Positions 11,990 to 25,895 of a stretch of 64,000 bases of DNA are shown piece after piece. The DNA is taken from NCBI RefSeq assembly GCF_963921235.1, contig NC_086097.1, positions 224,938,001 through 225,002,000 of the forward strand, read 5' to 3'. The first letter of the stretch is position 1; each line of letters starts with the position of its first letter. The position numbers and the translations under genes were made by a program. Source of the stretch: Mobula hypostoma. Taxonomy: Eukaryota. The notes under the pieces are model-generated. The model had not been told where the DNA came from and searched no databases. It saw nothing but the letters and a program-made list of their open reading frames with translations.

Positions 11990-12925
11990 TGAACATGGAA
12001 TAGTACAGCACAGTACAGGCCCTTTGGCCCACAATGTTGTGCTAACCCTCAAACCCTGCCTCCCATATAAGCCCCCACCTTAAATTCCTCCATATACCTG
12101 TCCAGTAGTCTCTTAAACTTCACTAATGTATCTGCCTCCACCACTGTCTCAGGCAGTGCATTCCATGCACCAACCACTCTGAGTAAAAAAACCTTCCTCT
12201 AATATCCTCCTTGAACCTCCCACCCCTTACCTTAAATCCATATCCTCTTGTATTGAGCAGTGGTGCCCTGGGGAAGAGGCGCTGGCAATCCACTCTATCT
12301 ATTCCTCTTATTATCTTGTACACCTCTATCATGTCTCCTCTCATCCTCCTTCTCTCCAAAGAGTAAAGCCCGAGCTCCCTTAATCTCTGATCATAATGCA
12401 TACTTTCTAAACCAGGCAGCATCCTGGTAAATCTCCTCTATACCCTTTCCAATGCTTCCTATAGTGAGGTGACCAGAACTGGACACAGTACTCCAAGTGT
12501 AGCCTAACCAGAGTTTTATAGAGCTGCATCATTACATCGTGACTCTTAAACTCTGTCCCTCGACTTATGAAAGCTAACACCCCATAAGCTTTCTTAACTA
12601 CCCTATCTACCTATGAGGCAACTTTCAGGGATCTGTGGACATGTACCCCGAGACTCCTCTGCTCCTCCACACTACCAAGTATCCTGCCATTTACTTTGTA
12701 CTCTGCCTTGGAGTTTGTCCTTCCAAAGTGTACCACCTCACACTTCTCCGGGTTGAACTCCATCTGCCACTTCTCAGCCCACTCCTGCATCCTATCAATG
12801 TCTCTCTGCAATCTTTGACAATCCTCTACACTATCTACAACACCACCAACCTTTGTGTCGTCTGCAAACTTGCCAATCCAGCCCTCTACCCCCATATCCA
12901 GGTCGTTAATAAAAATCAGGAAAAG
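11990..12925 (-). mobile_element. CR1 LINE 3' fragment (RT C-terminal half)
   Basis: FINDLD..GKFADDTKVGG..WQMEFNPEKC; LGLYSLERRRMRGD; CR1 tail. Confidence 0.94.
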
Positions 12926-13480
12926 TAGATTGCCATGATTCTTTGGAGACACTTCTAAACATCCTACTCCTGAAGGTGTGCTAGATCACTGACAAATGCA
13001 TCAGACTATCTGCATGAAATTCACAAGGGTGATGTCCGTTTCACCATACTACGTTGGAAAATGCCAGTCAATTTCATAGCCTTCACATAATCTATGCCAT
13101 AAAATATATGAATTGTATGAGGTTGAGGGTTTTAGGTATCTTTGACAGACTTCAAATTGAGCTAGGTTTGGGACTTCAAATTTCTGTCTCTTTTGAAAAT
13201 TGAATTTGATGAAGATCCCGAACAACAAATAATCCATAACTCCCGAAGTACAGGTGGCTCTTCTCATGGACAAGTTTTTAGATCACATGCTAATTTTTAA
13301 AGAAATGCATTGAATTTTGATGACAATATAGTATGCTGATTTTCTTTTTAAAAAAAAATAGTTTGGGGTTAGATTTAGCTGGTTGAAGAGATTTCTGGAG
13401 TTGTGATTTAAAGTATTGTAAATAGTCAATTGAACCCTAAGGAGTCTGCAGTTTCAGAAGGCATGATGGGTTTTATTTAT

Positions 13481-13760
13481 CGATTGATTGATTGAGATAC
13501 CAGTGCAGAATAGGCCCTTCTGCACTTTTGAGCCATGCCTCCTGATTTAACCCTGATTTAACCTGAGCTTAATCGCAGGATAATTTACAATGACCAGTTA
13601 GCGTCCCAACTGGTATGACTTTGGACTGTGGGAGGAACACCCAGAGGAAACCCATGCAGTCACTGGGAGAATGTACAATCTCCTTACAGACAGCAGCGGG
13701 AGTTGAATCCAGGTAGATGGTACTGTAAAGCATTGTGCTAAACAGTATTTTACCATGTGC
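13481..13760 (-). mobile_element. tRNA-derived V-SINE (HE1-like)
   Basis: Minus strand has a degenerate A box, a B box-like GGATTCAACTCC and a V-domain-like core (+ strand GAGGAAACCCATGCAGTCACTGGGAGAATGTACAATCTCCTTACAGAC), then a CR1-like tail and an (ATCA)n end. Confidence 0.75.
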
Positions 13761-13779
13761 AGTGTATGAGGAGTGTTTG

Positions 13780-14195
13780 ATGACTCTGAGGCTCACTTGA
13801 GTTTAGAAGAATAAGAGGGCGGGGTGGAATCTCACTGACATTTATTGGATATCGATAGTGGATGTGGAGATTATGTTTCTTATAATGAGCATGTCTAGGA
13901 CCAGAGGGCACAACCTCCAAACAGAAGGATGTCCCTTTAGAACAGAGATGAGGAGAAATTTCTTTAGCTGGGAGGTGATGAATCTGTGGAATTCATTGCA
14001 ATGGTTGGTGGTGGAGGCCAAGTCATTGGGTTTATTCAAAGTGGAGGTAGCTAGGCTCATCATTAGTAAGTGTGCTAAAGATTATGGGGAAAAATTTGAA
14101 TGGGATCGAGAAGGATACTAAATCAGCGACGGAATGACAGAGCAAACTCGATGGGCAAAATGGCCTACTCCTCCTCCTATGTGCTATGGTCTTGT
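13780..14195 (+). mobile_element. CR1 3' fragment
   Basis: SRTRGHNL...FRTEMRRNFFS..NLWNSL; CR1 3' UTR. Confidence 0.85.
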
Positions 14196-14761
14196 GAGTT
14201 GTGCTGCAGTTCAACTGAATGAACTTATATAACCAGAGAGAAAATTAAGCCAACATTACCATTAGCAGGGAGTAGCATTTTGGATTACATGTGACAATTA
14301 TTATAGATAAGGATGAGTTGTACTTTCACAAAAGAATTAGCATTACAAATAGAATATGATAGCAGTCTGATTTCATTTAGTATTTATGTTAAGGAAGCAC
14401 TCCTGTCTGTGACAATTACAAAATATAATTTTGATGTAGAAATTATCTGCTTTCCTATCAGGGATACAGCCGCCTTATCTCCTTTGGTCCTGAAATTGAG
14501 GGCTTGTCTGAACTTGAAGATCAACCAATTTTCAGTGTGTTAGATATTATCAACCGACTGTATGATTTTCTCGTGACACATTAGGTGGGGGTAATATTGG
14601 AGTGGATGGTAGAGCTTGTTGTGGAAATAAATTGATTTCTTAATGGTAATGTGTGTTTGGAGAATGAGGATTACAAACCAAAAGGTACATCTAGTTCAGG
14701 GGTTCTCAACCATTTTTATACTATTGACCAATACCATTAAGCAAGGGGCCAGTAGATGATA

Positions 14762-15630
14762 AATATAGAATGTAGAACAGTGCAGCACAGCTCAGCTCAC
14801 GCCCTTCAGCCCATTCTGTTGTGCCAACCTTTTAGACTGCTTCAAGATCAATCTAATGCTTTCCTCTCAGACAGTCTTTAATTTTTCCGTCATTCAAGTG
14901 ACCATCTATGAGTCTCTTAAATATCCCTGATGTGTCTGCCTCTGCCATCACACCTGGCAGTGATTTTCACTCTGTGTAAATATCCAATGTCTGATATCCC
15001 ATCTATACTTTCCTCCAGTCACCTTATAATTATGCCCTTTCATAGAGTCACAGAACACGACAACACAGAAACAGGCCCGTCTAGTCTGTGCCGAACTATC
15101 TAAACTGCCTAGTCCCTTTGACCTGCACCTGGACCATAGCCCTCCGTACCCCTACCATCCAAATCATACTTAAAGTGTTGAATTTGAACCCACAACTGCC
15201 TGCTGGCAGGTTGTTCCACACTCTAACTACACTCTGAGTGAGGAATTTCCTCCTCATATCTTCCTTTAACATTTCACATTTCACCCTCTCATTAGTGTCT
15301 CACCCAAACTCAAGTGAAAAAGCCTGATTACATTTACCCTATCTCTACCTCTCAAAATTTTGTATACTTCTATCAAATCTACCCTCATTCTTCTACACTC
15401 CAGGGGCTAAATTCTTAATCTGTTCAACCTTTCCCCATAACTTAGGTTCTTGTTCTGGTGTTATCCTTGTAAATTTTCACTGGACTATTTCAATCTTATT
15501 AATAACTCTGCGGTAGGCAGGCGACCAGAGGTGCACACGTTACTTAAAATTGGTCCTCACCAGCATCACAGACAACTTCAACATAACATCCCAACTCCTG
15601 TATTCAATACTTTGATTTATAAAAGCCATT
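14762..15630 (-). mobile_element. Two adjacent old CR1 3' fragments (~14762-15040 and ~15041-15630)
   Basis: Two CR1-type tails (TAGAATGTAGAAC; CATAGAGTCACAGAA..ACAGGCCC) and the motif RRKFLTQSVVRVWNNLP. Confidence 0.7.
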
Positions 15631-17910
15631 AACCCTGTACTCTGCCTTCAAGTTTTACTGAAGCATAATGAATATAGTAATGATAAGTCAGAATAATTAG
15701 TCTCAATTAATGATCAACATAGACAGGAGTGACACAAATGAAATTGTATTGTAAAGCTTTAAAACCTAAGGCCCTGATAATGATTGTAAGTAAGGTTGGG
15801 AGGGGAACAAGCAACAGTAGGAGGGAAGAAAGTTGGGGCAGTCCACAGTTTCTGGTGAATATGATAATAACTCTAATTTTGGTCAATTTTTAGCAGTTTC
15901 CCAGTCTCCAACCAAAATGGCTGGTGCTACAACAGGGGGACAGCTGGGGGGCAGCGCAGAGGTAAATCTGACATGGTCATTGAAATGGGACAACAGACAG
16001 GACAGGATTACAGTCAAATGGTATGGAGGAGTGGGGGCACTTTCAGCCTGTCACTCCGAACACTGGCAGAGAGTATCAGTTGAGAAGGAAAGGAGGGAGG
16101 GATGTGAAGAGAAAGGACAGGATAGAGGCTGCTGCAGTCACAGAAGAGATTTGAGCTGCCTGTGGATCTCTCACCATCCACAGAAACAACAAATTGAGTC
16201 AAATCAGAGGCATGCTCTGATCAGGCTAAAGTTTACAACTTTACCTGCGTTTGAATATCTATCACTACCCTTGTGACTGATATTTACTGTCTAGGGCACG
16301 GGTGTGTGGTTCTTTTTGCCAAGCTCAGCTTTCTGACACTTCCAAGGGTCAAAGAGTTGTTTAAATTTCCATCAATATTCTTTGCTTTGCTTCTCATCGT
16401 GAACAAGAATAACAAGAACCAGTCTTCAGTTCTTAATGTAAATTGTAAACAATAGTCTGGTGTTGAAAGGACAGCTTTGCAAATGAACAGCACTGATTAT
16501 AGAGTACAGACACACAGCATGGGGCTGGCTGCTCAATAAATGCAGCATAAAACAATGGGGTTATGATAATTGGGCTTGCGTCAAACAGGCAACGCCGGTG
16601 AAGTTATTTAGTTCAAGGACATTTGCAGATCAAACTGATGTCACTTATATCAAACAAGGTCACAGCTGGTCAACCAATACTGGGGATATTTGTGTAAGCA
16701 GAGAGTCAGCCCTCACAACATTAATTTTGGGTGTCTGGGATCTCTGTCTCCAGAAGCTTTTAGACCATCTGTGTGAATTTCCAGGCAAAGTTATCTGAAA
16801 AATATCACATGTAATAAGCCACCAAGTATCAAAAACCAGTATAATCGAGATGTTAGAGAACAGTCAGGCTTGATAGGAATAGTCAAAGAATGAGAGAAAG
16901 ACGAGTGGCTAAAATCCATCCCTCTGCCTTTGATTTCTGCGACGGACGACTTGTTTGGCTGCATCTCATCTCTGATTATACCTCTGCTTTGAAAATCCTT
17001 TGTGTTTTGGAAATTATTTGTAACTTGGAAATCTTTTATACGACAGAAATCATCTGTGAGTTTTAAATGTGCTTTAATAATTTTATCTAAATTTAAACAT
17101 TTATCACTAAAAATAAATGAACTGTGTTTTAAACTACTTTGGTAGGTTGGGGGATCCACTGCTTGAATAGTGAGTGCTGGCAGCTAATCTTGCTGTGAAG
17201 GATAAACTGGGAAGTGGTCTAGCCTTTGAAGAGTAGGTGGCTACAGTGTAACTGCCCTTTAGTGAGGATATCCATACCTATCTATATCAGATAGGGCTTA
17301 AGATCTTCGTTTGAGATCAGAACTTCGCAGACAGCAAACCCAATACCATCGCATCCTGCCCAGACAGATCTTTAAAGCTGGCAGTAGTGGGCAGGGGTTG
17401 AAGGGTGGGTCAGTTGGCTAATTATCTTATGTCGTGACATCGACATCCATCCAGTTAGGTTGAAATTATGACTGCAACCACCAGTTTCCCCGAACATTTT
17501 CACTTAAAGGGTGAATTGTATAATTGAATCCAACCATGTATTTCATTTCCCCATGATTTGTTTGAGAGGGTGGTAATGGGGAGGAGTTATTTTAACCACC
17601 CATAGTCTTTTACAAAATGGAAAGGAGAATTTTCACCTATTGAGTCCATGCCTGTTCACTGAACAGTCTCACCCTTCACTAATTTTCCTCTGAGGCTTTT
17701 CTATTCATATTTAACATTCAAATACTGGGAAAAGATCAATGGAGGTTAATTTGGCAAGTCCTTGTAAGTGAACCACAATCCACAATAAAAGCACCTCCTG
17801 TTTCATCTGTGATGGTTTTGGATGCTTGAAAACTCAGCCGGCTATTGGCTCTGGTGATTACTCCCCACCGTAGCTGCTCAGCCCCCTTCCTGCCCAAGCT
17901 TGCAGTGTTG

Positions 17911-18435
17911 GACCATAAGACATAGGAGCAGAATTAGGCCATTTGGCCCATCAGGTCTGCTCTACCAGTCAATCATTTTCTTTTTCTTTGTAAACCCATT
18001 CTCCAGCTTACCCCCCTCCTCCACCCCCCCCCCCCCACCGGTAATCTTTGATACCCTTACTAATCAAGAATCTGTTATCTTCTGCTTTAAATATACCCAA
18101 TGACTTGGCTTCCATAAGTGTCTGTGACTATGAAATTGCACAGATTCACCATCCTCTGCCTAAAGAAATTCCTCCTCATCTCTGTTCTAATGGAGCAGAT
18201 TCTCTAATTCTGCTCTAATTCTGAGGCTGTGCCCTCTGGCCTTAGACTCTCCTACCATTGGAAGCATCCTCTCCACATCCATGTAGTCCTTTCAGTATTT
18301 GATAGATTTCAATGTGATCTCCCTTATTCTTCTAAACTTCAGTACATACAGGCCAAGAGCCTTCAAAAGCTCCTCTTACATGAAACCTTTCCTTCCCAGG
18401 ATAATTCTCATGAACCTGCTATGGACCCTCTCCTA
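17911..18435 (-). mobile_element. Old CR1 3' fragment
   Basis: GACCATAAGACATAGGAGCAGAATTAGGCC tail; AAGAAATTCCTCCTCATCTCTG (RTEMRRNFF reversed). Confidence 0.8.
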
Positions 18436-18753
18436 TCTACTGGTGGTTTCTCATTATGGATTGTCAATTAGAACCAGACAGTGACTCAACTATTTTGTCA
18501 GTCTCGATAAGAAGTGAAGCAGGGTGTTTTCATCAGGTTCATGCAGTTAAATTTACCCAAATCATAGTGCTCCTGACACCTCTGAGTTTTCCCTGCTTTG
18601 CAAATGTGCACCCGTCACCCACTTCCGCATTAATTACAGAGTGGAAGTGTACTGAGGATGCTTCAGCTGTTCTGTGGTTCTGGATAAAGAGCTGCATCAT
18701 CATGGTTTACATTATCAGTCACATCACAGCGGTCACATCTCTACGATAAGGTG

Positions 18754-18990
18754 GAGACACGAGAGGCTGCAGATGCTGGAATCTGAGTGAAAAAGCAGGA
18801 GATGCTCAGTGGGTCAGCAAACGCAGTTAAAATGGTAAAAACAAAATAACGTGGAGAGACAGGATAATGGACATTTTGAGTTGCAATCTTTATCAGTCAA
18901 ATGAAGGGTCTCAAATGTTAACCCTCTATTTCCCTTCAGCGATGCTGCCTGCACCACTGAGTTCCTTCAGCATCTTGTTGTTTTGCAACA
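18754..18990. mobile_element. Short quasi-palindromic element built from two opposed Penelope-like termini
   Basis: CTGCAGATGCTGGAATCT.. on the left and GATGCTGCCTG..CTGAGTTCC..CAGCAT on the right match the Penelope terminus in opposite orientations. Confidence 0.55.
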
Positions 18991-19146
18991 GTAAGAGTCA
19001 CCGGAACCATGGGCATAATCCATCCACCATCAGCACAATCCTTCTGGCCATTCTCCTGTGTTCTTTTGGATACTGCAAAATCCTCTGGATGCTTCAGCTA
19101 CCAGATATTTACAGTTGCAGGCGACCTTTGCCATTAGTTTCATTTT

Positions 19147-21900
19147 AATCATAGTCATACTTTATTGATCCCGGGGGAAATTGGTTTTCATTACAGTTGC
19201 ACCATAAATAAATAGTAATAAAACCATAAATAATTAAATAGTGATATGTAAATTATGCCAGGAAATAAGTCCAGGACCAGCCTATTGGCCCAGGGTGTCT
19301 GACCCTCCAAGGGAGGAGTTGTAAAGTTTGATGGCCACAGGCAGGAATGACTTCCTATGATGCTCTGTGTTGCATCTCGGTGGAATGAGTCTCTGGCTGA
19401 ATGTACTCCTGTGCCCAACTAGTATATTATGTAGTGGATGGGAGACATTGTCCAAGATGGCATGCAACTTGGACAGCATCCTCTTCAGGCACCACTGTCA
19501 GAGAGTCCAGTTCCATCCCCACAACATCACTGGCCTTACGAATGAGTTTGTTGATTCTGTTGGTGTCTGCTACCCTCAGCCTGCTGCCCCAGCACACAAT
19601 AGCAAACATGATAGCACTGGCCACCACAGACTCGTAGAACATCCTCAGCATCGTCCGACAGATGTTAAAGGACCTCGGTCTCCTCAGGAAATAGAGACAG
19701 CTCTAACCCTTCTTGTAGACAGCCTCAGTGTTCTTTGACCAGTCCAGTTTATTGTCAATTCGTATCCCCAGGTATTTGTAATCCTCCACCATGTCCACAC
19801 TGACTCCCTGGATGGAAACAGACGTCACCGGTACCTTAGCTCTCCTCAGGTCTACCACCAGCTCCTTAGTCTTTTTCACATTAAGCTGCAGATAATTCAT
19901 AGAAACATAGAAACATAGAAAATAGGTGCAGGAGTAGGCCATTTGGCCCTTCGAGCCTGCACCGCCATTTATTATGATCATGGCTGATCATCCAACTCAG
20001 AACCCTGCACCAGCCTTCCCTCCATACCCCCTGATCCCCGTAGCCACAAGGGCCATATCTAACTCCCTCTTAAATATAGCCACTGAACTGGCCTCAACTG
20101 TTTCCTGTGGCAGAGAATTCCACAGATTCACCACTCTCTGTGTGAAGAAGTTTTTCCTAATCTCGGTCCTAAAAGGCTTCCCTTTTATCCTCAAACTGTG
20201 ACCCCTCGTTCTGGACTTCCCCAACATCGAGAACAATCTTCCTGCATCTAGCCTGTCCAATCCCTTTAGGATTTTATACGTTTCAATCAGATCCCCCCTC
20301 AATCTTCTAAATTCCAACGAGTACAAGCCCAGTTCATCCAGTCTTTCTTCATATGAAAGTCCTGCCATCCCAGGAATCAATCTGGTGAACCTTCTTTGTA
20401 CTCTATGGCAAGGATGTCTTTCCTCAGATTAGGGGACCAAAACTGCACACAATACTCCAGGTGTGGTCTCACCAAGGCCTTGTACAACTGCAGTAGTATC
20501 TCCCTGCTCCTGTACTCGAATCCTCTCGCTATAAATGCCAGCATACCATTCGCCTTTTTCACCGCCTGCTGTACCTGCATGCCCAATTTCAATGACTGGT
20601 GTATAATGACACCCAGGTCTCGTTGCACCTCCCCTTTTCCTAATCGGCCACCATTCAGATAATAATCTGTTTTCCTATTTTTGCCACCAAAGTGGATAAC
20701 TTCACATTTATCCACATTAAATTGCATCTGCCATGAATTTGCCCACTCACCCAACCTATCCAAGTCACCCTGCATCCTCTTAGCATCCTCCTCACAGCTA
20801 ACACTGCCGCCCAGCTTCGTGTCATCCGCAAACTTGGAGATGCTGCATTTAATTCCCTCATCCAAGTCATTAATATATATTGTAAACAACTGGGGTCCCA
20901 GCACTGAGCCTTGCGGTACCCCACTAGTCACTGCCTGCCATTCTGAAAAGGTCCCGTTTATTCCCACTCTTTGCTTCCTGTCTGCTAACCAATTCTCTAT
21001 CCACATCAATACCTTACCCACAATACCGTGTGCTTTAAGTTTGCACACTAATCTCCTGTGTGGGACCTTGTCACACCATGTGACAAAGATTCCTACCGTA
21101 GCCCTGTACTCAGCCTCATCTCCCTTGCTGATGCATCCAACTATGGCAGAGTCATCCGAAAACTTCTGAAGATGACAAGGCTCTGTGCAGCAGTTGAAGT
21201 CTGAGGTATAAATGGTGAAGAGAAAGGGAGTCAAAACTGTCCTTTGTGAAGCCCCAGTACTGCTGATCACTCTGTCGGACACAGTGTTGCAAGCACACGT
21301 ACTGTGGTCTGCCAGTTAGGTAATCAAGAATCCATGGCACCAGGAAAGCATCCATCTGCATCGCTGTCAGCTTCTCCCCCAGCAGAGTAGGGAGGATGGT
21401 GTTGAATGCACTGGAGAAGTCAAAAAACATGACCATCACAGTGCTCGCTGGCTTGTCCAGGTGGGTGTAGACACGGTTCAGTAGGTAGACAATGGCATCC
21501 TCAACTCCTAGTCAGGGCTGATAGGCGAACTGGAGGGGATCTAAGTGTAACCTAACCATAGGCCGGAGCAGCTCCAGAACAAGTCTCTCCAGGGTCTTCA
21601 TGATGTGGGAGGTCAATGCCACCGGTCTGTAGTCATTGAGGCCGCTGGGGTGCGGTGTCTTCGGCACAGGGACGAGGCAGGATGTCTTCCACAGCACAGG
21701 ACCCTCCGGAGCCTCAGGCTCAGGTTGAAGACATGGAAAAGCACTCCACATAGCTGAGGGGCACAGGTTTTGAGCACCCTGGTACTGATATCATCCGGTC
21801 CTGCAACCTTGCTTGGGTTCAGACCTTTCAGCTGTCTTCTCACCTGTTCAGCTGTGAAGCCCACTGTGGTGGTTTCATGTGGTGAAGGGGTATAGACATG
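19147..21900 (-). mobile_element. Rex1/Babar-clade LINE (5'-truncated), interrupted by CR1
   Basis: LNDYRPVALTSHIMKTLERL, MFFDFSSAFNTI, LQKFSDDSAIVG, NYLQLNVKKTKELVVD; 3' end AATTTCCCCCGGGATCAATAAAGTA. Confidence 0.9.
19898..21073 (-). mobile_element. Young CR1 fragment nested in Rex1
   Basis: DKVPHRRL..SGVPQGSVLGP..KFADDTKLGG; (TTTCTATG)n tail; near-identical to 29202-30397. Confidence 0.95.
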
Positions 21901-22315
21901 AGAGCAGATTGACCTAATTAATATGAAAATCTAAGTAATTTTTTGCTCCTGAATATTTCTGTGGTAACATTAATTTGTTGCCAGTCTATGCATTCAATCT
22001 TTTATGTTTTCTGACCAGCTGTATAACCTTTTAGTTAATGTTCTTCACATGGATTTCTATTCCAATATGGACCATTTTCCATTTCTTTACATCGGATTTC
22101 ATCTGTCAGATTCCCCACTTATACAAATCATCCAGTATTTTATTCAGCAGAAATGTTTTTTTGCTTTTACCATTTTAACTGCGTCTGCTGAAATCCTCTT
22201 TGCCAATCAGATAGCATTTCAACCCTAAGCAATAAGTTCCACGGGGCAGAAGTTTGTAGTTTTTATTTTCTTCAATGAAACAAAGGAAAATGATAGAGCT
22301 GTGAAATAGTGAATT

Positions 22316-24360
22316 CATGGAAACGTAGAACACAGAAAATCTACAGCACAATACAGGCCCTTCGGCCCACAAAGCTGTGCCAAACGTGTCCTTAACTTAG
22401 AAATTCCTAGGGTTACCCATAACCCTCTATTTTTCCGAGCTCCATGTACCTGTCCAGGAGTCTCTTAAAAGACCCTATCGTATCTGCCTCAACCACTGTC
22501 ACCAGCAGCCCTTTCCACGCACTCACCACTCTCTGCATAAAAAAAACTTATCCCTGACAACTCCTCTGTACCTACTTCCAAGCACCTTAAAACTGTGCCC
22601 TCTCGTGCTAGCCATTACAGCCCTGGGAAAAAGCCTCTGACTATCCACACGATCAATGCCTCTCATCATCTTATACACCTCTATCAGGCCACCTCACATC
22701 CTCCGTCGCTCCAAGGAAAAAAGGCTGAGTTCACTCAAACTTTTCTCATAAGGCATGCGCCCCAATCCAGGCAACATCTTTGTAAATCTCCTCTGCCCCC
22801 TTTCTATGGTTTCCACGTCCTCCCTATGGTGAGGCGACCAGAACTGAGCACAATACTCCATGTGGGGTCTGACCAGGGTCCTATATAGCTGCAACATTAC
22901 CTCTCGGTTCCTAAACTCAATCCCACGATTGATGAAGGCCAATGCACCGTATGCCTTCTTAACCACAGAGTCAACCTGCACAGCAGCTTTGAGTGTCCTA
23001 TGGACTCAGACCCCAAGATACCTCTGATCCTCCACATGGCCAAAAGTCTTACCATTAATACTATATTCTGTTTTCATACTTTACCTACCAAAATGAACCA
23101 CCTCACACCCTCCACACTATCCACAATACCTCCAACTATTGTGTCATTAGTAAATTTACTAACCCATCCCTCCACTTCCTCATCTAGGTCATTTATAAAA
23201 ATAATGAGGAGTAGGGGTCCCGGAATGGATCCCTGAGGCACACCACTGGTGACTGACCTCCATGTAGATTATGACCTGTTTACAACCACTCTTTGCCTTC
23301 TGTGGGCAAGCCAGTTCTGAACCCACAAAGCACTGTCCCCTTGGGTCCCATGCCTGCTTACTTTCTCAATAAGCCTTGCATGGGGTACCTTGTCAAATGC
23401 CTTGCTGAAATCCATATACACTACACCTACTGCTCTACCTTCATCAATGTGTTTAGTCACATCCTCAAAAAATTCAATCAGGCTCGTAAGGCACAACCTG
23501 CCTTTGACAAAGCCATGCTGACTATTCCTAATCATATTATATCTCCAAATGTTCATAAATCCTGCCTCTCAGGATCTTCTCCATCAACTTACCAACCACT
23601 GAGCTGTAATTTCCTGGGCTATCTCTACACCCTTTCTTGAATAAAGGAACAACATCCACATCCCCCCAATCCTCCGGAACCTCTTCCATTCCCATTGATG
23701 ATGGAAAGATTATCTCCAGAGGCTCAGCAATCTCCTCTCTCACCTCCCACCGTAGCTTGGGGTACAACTCGTCCGATCCCGGTGACTTTTCCAACTTGAT
23801 GCTTTCCAAAAGCTCCAGCACATCCTCTTTCTTAATATCTACATGCTGAAGCTTTTCAGTCCACTGCAAGTCATCCTTAAAATCACCAAGATCCTTTTCC
23901 GTACTGAATACTGAAGCAAAATACTCATTAAATACCTCTGCTGTGTCCTCCGGTTCCATACACACTCTTCCACTGTCACACTTGATTGGTCCTATTCTCT
24001 CATGTCTTATCCTCTTACTCTTCACATACTGGTCAAATACCTTGGGGTTTTCCTTAATCCTGTTCGCCAAATGCTTCTCATGGCCCCTTCTGGCTCTCCC
24101 AATTTCTTTCTTAAGCTCCTTCCCGCTAGCCTTATAATTTTCTAAATCTCTATCATTACATAGTACTGTAAACCTTTGGTAAGCTCCTCTTTTCTTCTTG
24201 ACTAGATTTACAACAGCCTTTTGTATACCACGGTTCCTGTATCCGACCATCTTTTCCCTGTCTCATTGGAACATACTTATGGAGAACTCCACGCAAGTAA
24301 CCCCTGAACATTTGCCGCATTTCTTCTGTACATTTCCCTGAGAACATCTGTTCCCTGTTC
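22316..24360 (-). mobile_element. CR1 LINE with internal deletions
   Basis: ORFs 22694-22981, 23269-23556 (QHGF..YMDFSKAFDKVPH) and 23537-24250 (KSPGSD..PEDW). Confidence 0.93.
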
Positions 24361-24507
24361 CCACCAGAACTAGTTTCCACATCCAGGGTTTAAATGTAAA
24401 TTTATAGCTGCCTTCTAACACTAATCTGAGTAATTATTTCTATTTAATCAAGCAAAGGAGAAAGGAGGTACAGGAGCATAAGGACTTGGCAAGCCAGACT
24501 GGGTAAT

Positions 24508-24902
24508 AGAACATAGAACTTAGAACATAGAAATTTATAGCGCATTGTAGGCCCTTCGGCCCTCAATGTTGTGCCGACCATGTAACCTACTCCAGAGACT
24601 GCCTAGAATTTCCCTAGCACATAGCCCTCTATTTTTCCTAATGCCTTCTTCCCTCAGGCTGTGAGACTTAAGAATACCCTGCTACCACTGACGAATTGTC
24701 CCTAGGACAATGAGCTGTTTGCTGTACTGTTTATGCTTGTCTGTACTCTGCACTGCATGTTCCGATTAACTTATTTGTGATAATATTTTGTTTTATGTGC
24801 TCTGTGAGATATATATTTTATGGGTGCACCATGGTCCAGAGGGACATTGTTTTGTTCAGTTGGAAATATGTACAGTCAGATGACAGTAAACTTGAATTTG
24901 AA
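24508..24902. mobile_element. CR1 tail (minus, ~24508-24640) abutting a Rex1-like 3' fragment (plus, ~24641-24902)
   Basis: AGAACATAGAAC.. tail, then TTCTTCCCTCAGGCTGTGAGACT (FFPQAVRL) and GATGACAGTAAACTTGAATTTGAA. Confidence 0.6.
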
Positions 24903-25895
24903 AAGATGACAGGAGATCAAATAGATTATTTAGTTTGTTTTATTTTATCCTTCCAGAATATATGATCATCTCTTCACTCCATTCACCTTTATAGGGGATT
25001 GGTACCTATTGGGAAATTTCTGCAGTTCCGAGCCAAATTGCTGAGATTTCTACCAAGTTTGGCTTATCTCTGCCAGAGTTCTCAATCTTACTGGATGCCC
25101 TTCACAGGGGATTGGCTGCCTGCTCTCCCAGAGGGGATTTATTGTAGAATCTAGCAAATGTTACAGTTCTCCAGAAACTACACAGGAGAATCTGCCCACC
25201 GAGCTGATTCCAGCTTAGACCTGGTGCAGGAACATCAAGTGCATTCATTTCCATGGATAGGAATAGTTGCAAATGTTAAGTATTAAGTCTGTTAATTTTC
25301 ATGAATTTAGTTTACCTCAAGTGTTTTCAATTTAATAGTGTTTAGGCTATTTTAAGAGTCATTGGGAATAGGCAGTTTAAGTGGTTTGACATGGACAAGA
25401 TGGGCTGAAAAGCTGGTTTCTGTGCTATACTTTTCTGTGACTCTTTAACATATTTAAAAATTATTGTATTATAGTCTTTTAACAACTTTTCAAATCTGTC
25501 TGAATGTCAGGGACCTACAGGTGCTTGCTCATTCCATAAGAGCCTTGCTCACTAGCTAAATCAGGGACATGACTTAACTGGCAGCCAAAACATCTTTAGC
25601 TGCTCCACATGTAGGGTTTGCTGTAGTCTTCCACCAGAGCAATATTCTAAGTTGCATCTGGCCCTGTGACTATGTAGAGCCTCACTATTTGGGTCTGGCA
25701 TATTACCTCCTAACAAAGTGGCTTTTCCAAAGGTGGTAGATACACATGGGGCAATGGCGGGTGCGGTGGTTAGAAAATCAACCAGCTTCCATGATGGTCT
25801 AAAATAGTGACACCCGGGCCCTAGCCGCAGAAATATTATTCAAATAACATGTGATGTTAGTGAGTAATGAATTTGTTTTATGCCTGGTAAAAACC

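Noticed and set aside
14697..14760. hAT-like terminus CAGGGGTTCTCAAC
   Set aside because: No matching second TIR or TSD found; too short to call.
15833..16276. 147-aa ORF, and similar ORFs at 57181-57519 and 60046-60492
   Set aside because: No recognisable domain or exon structure; expected by chance.
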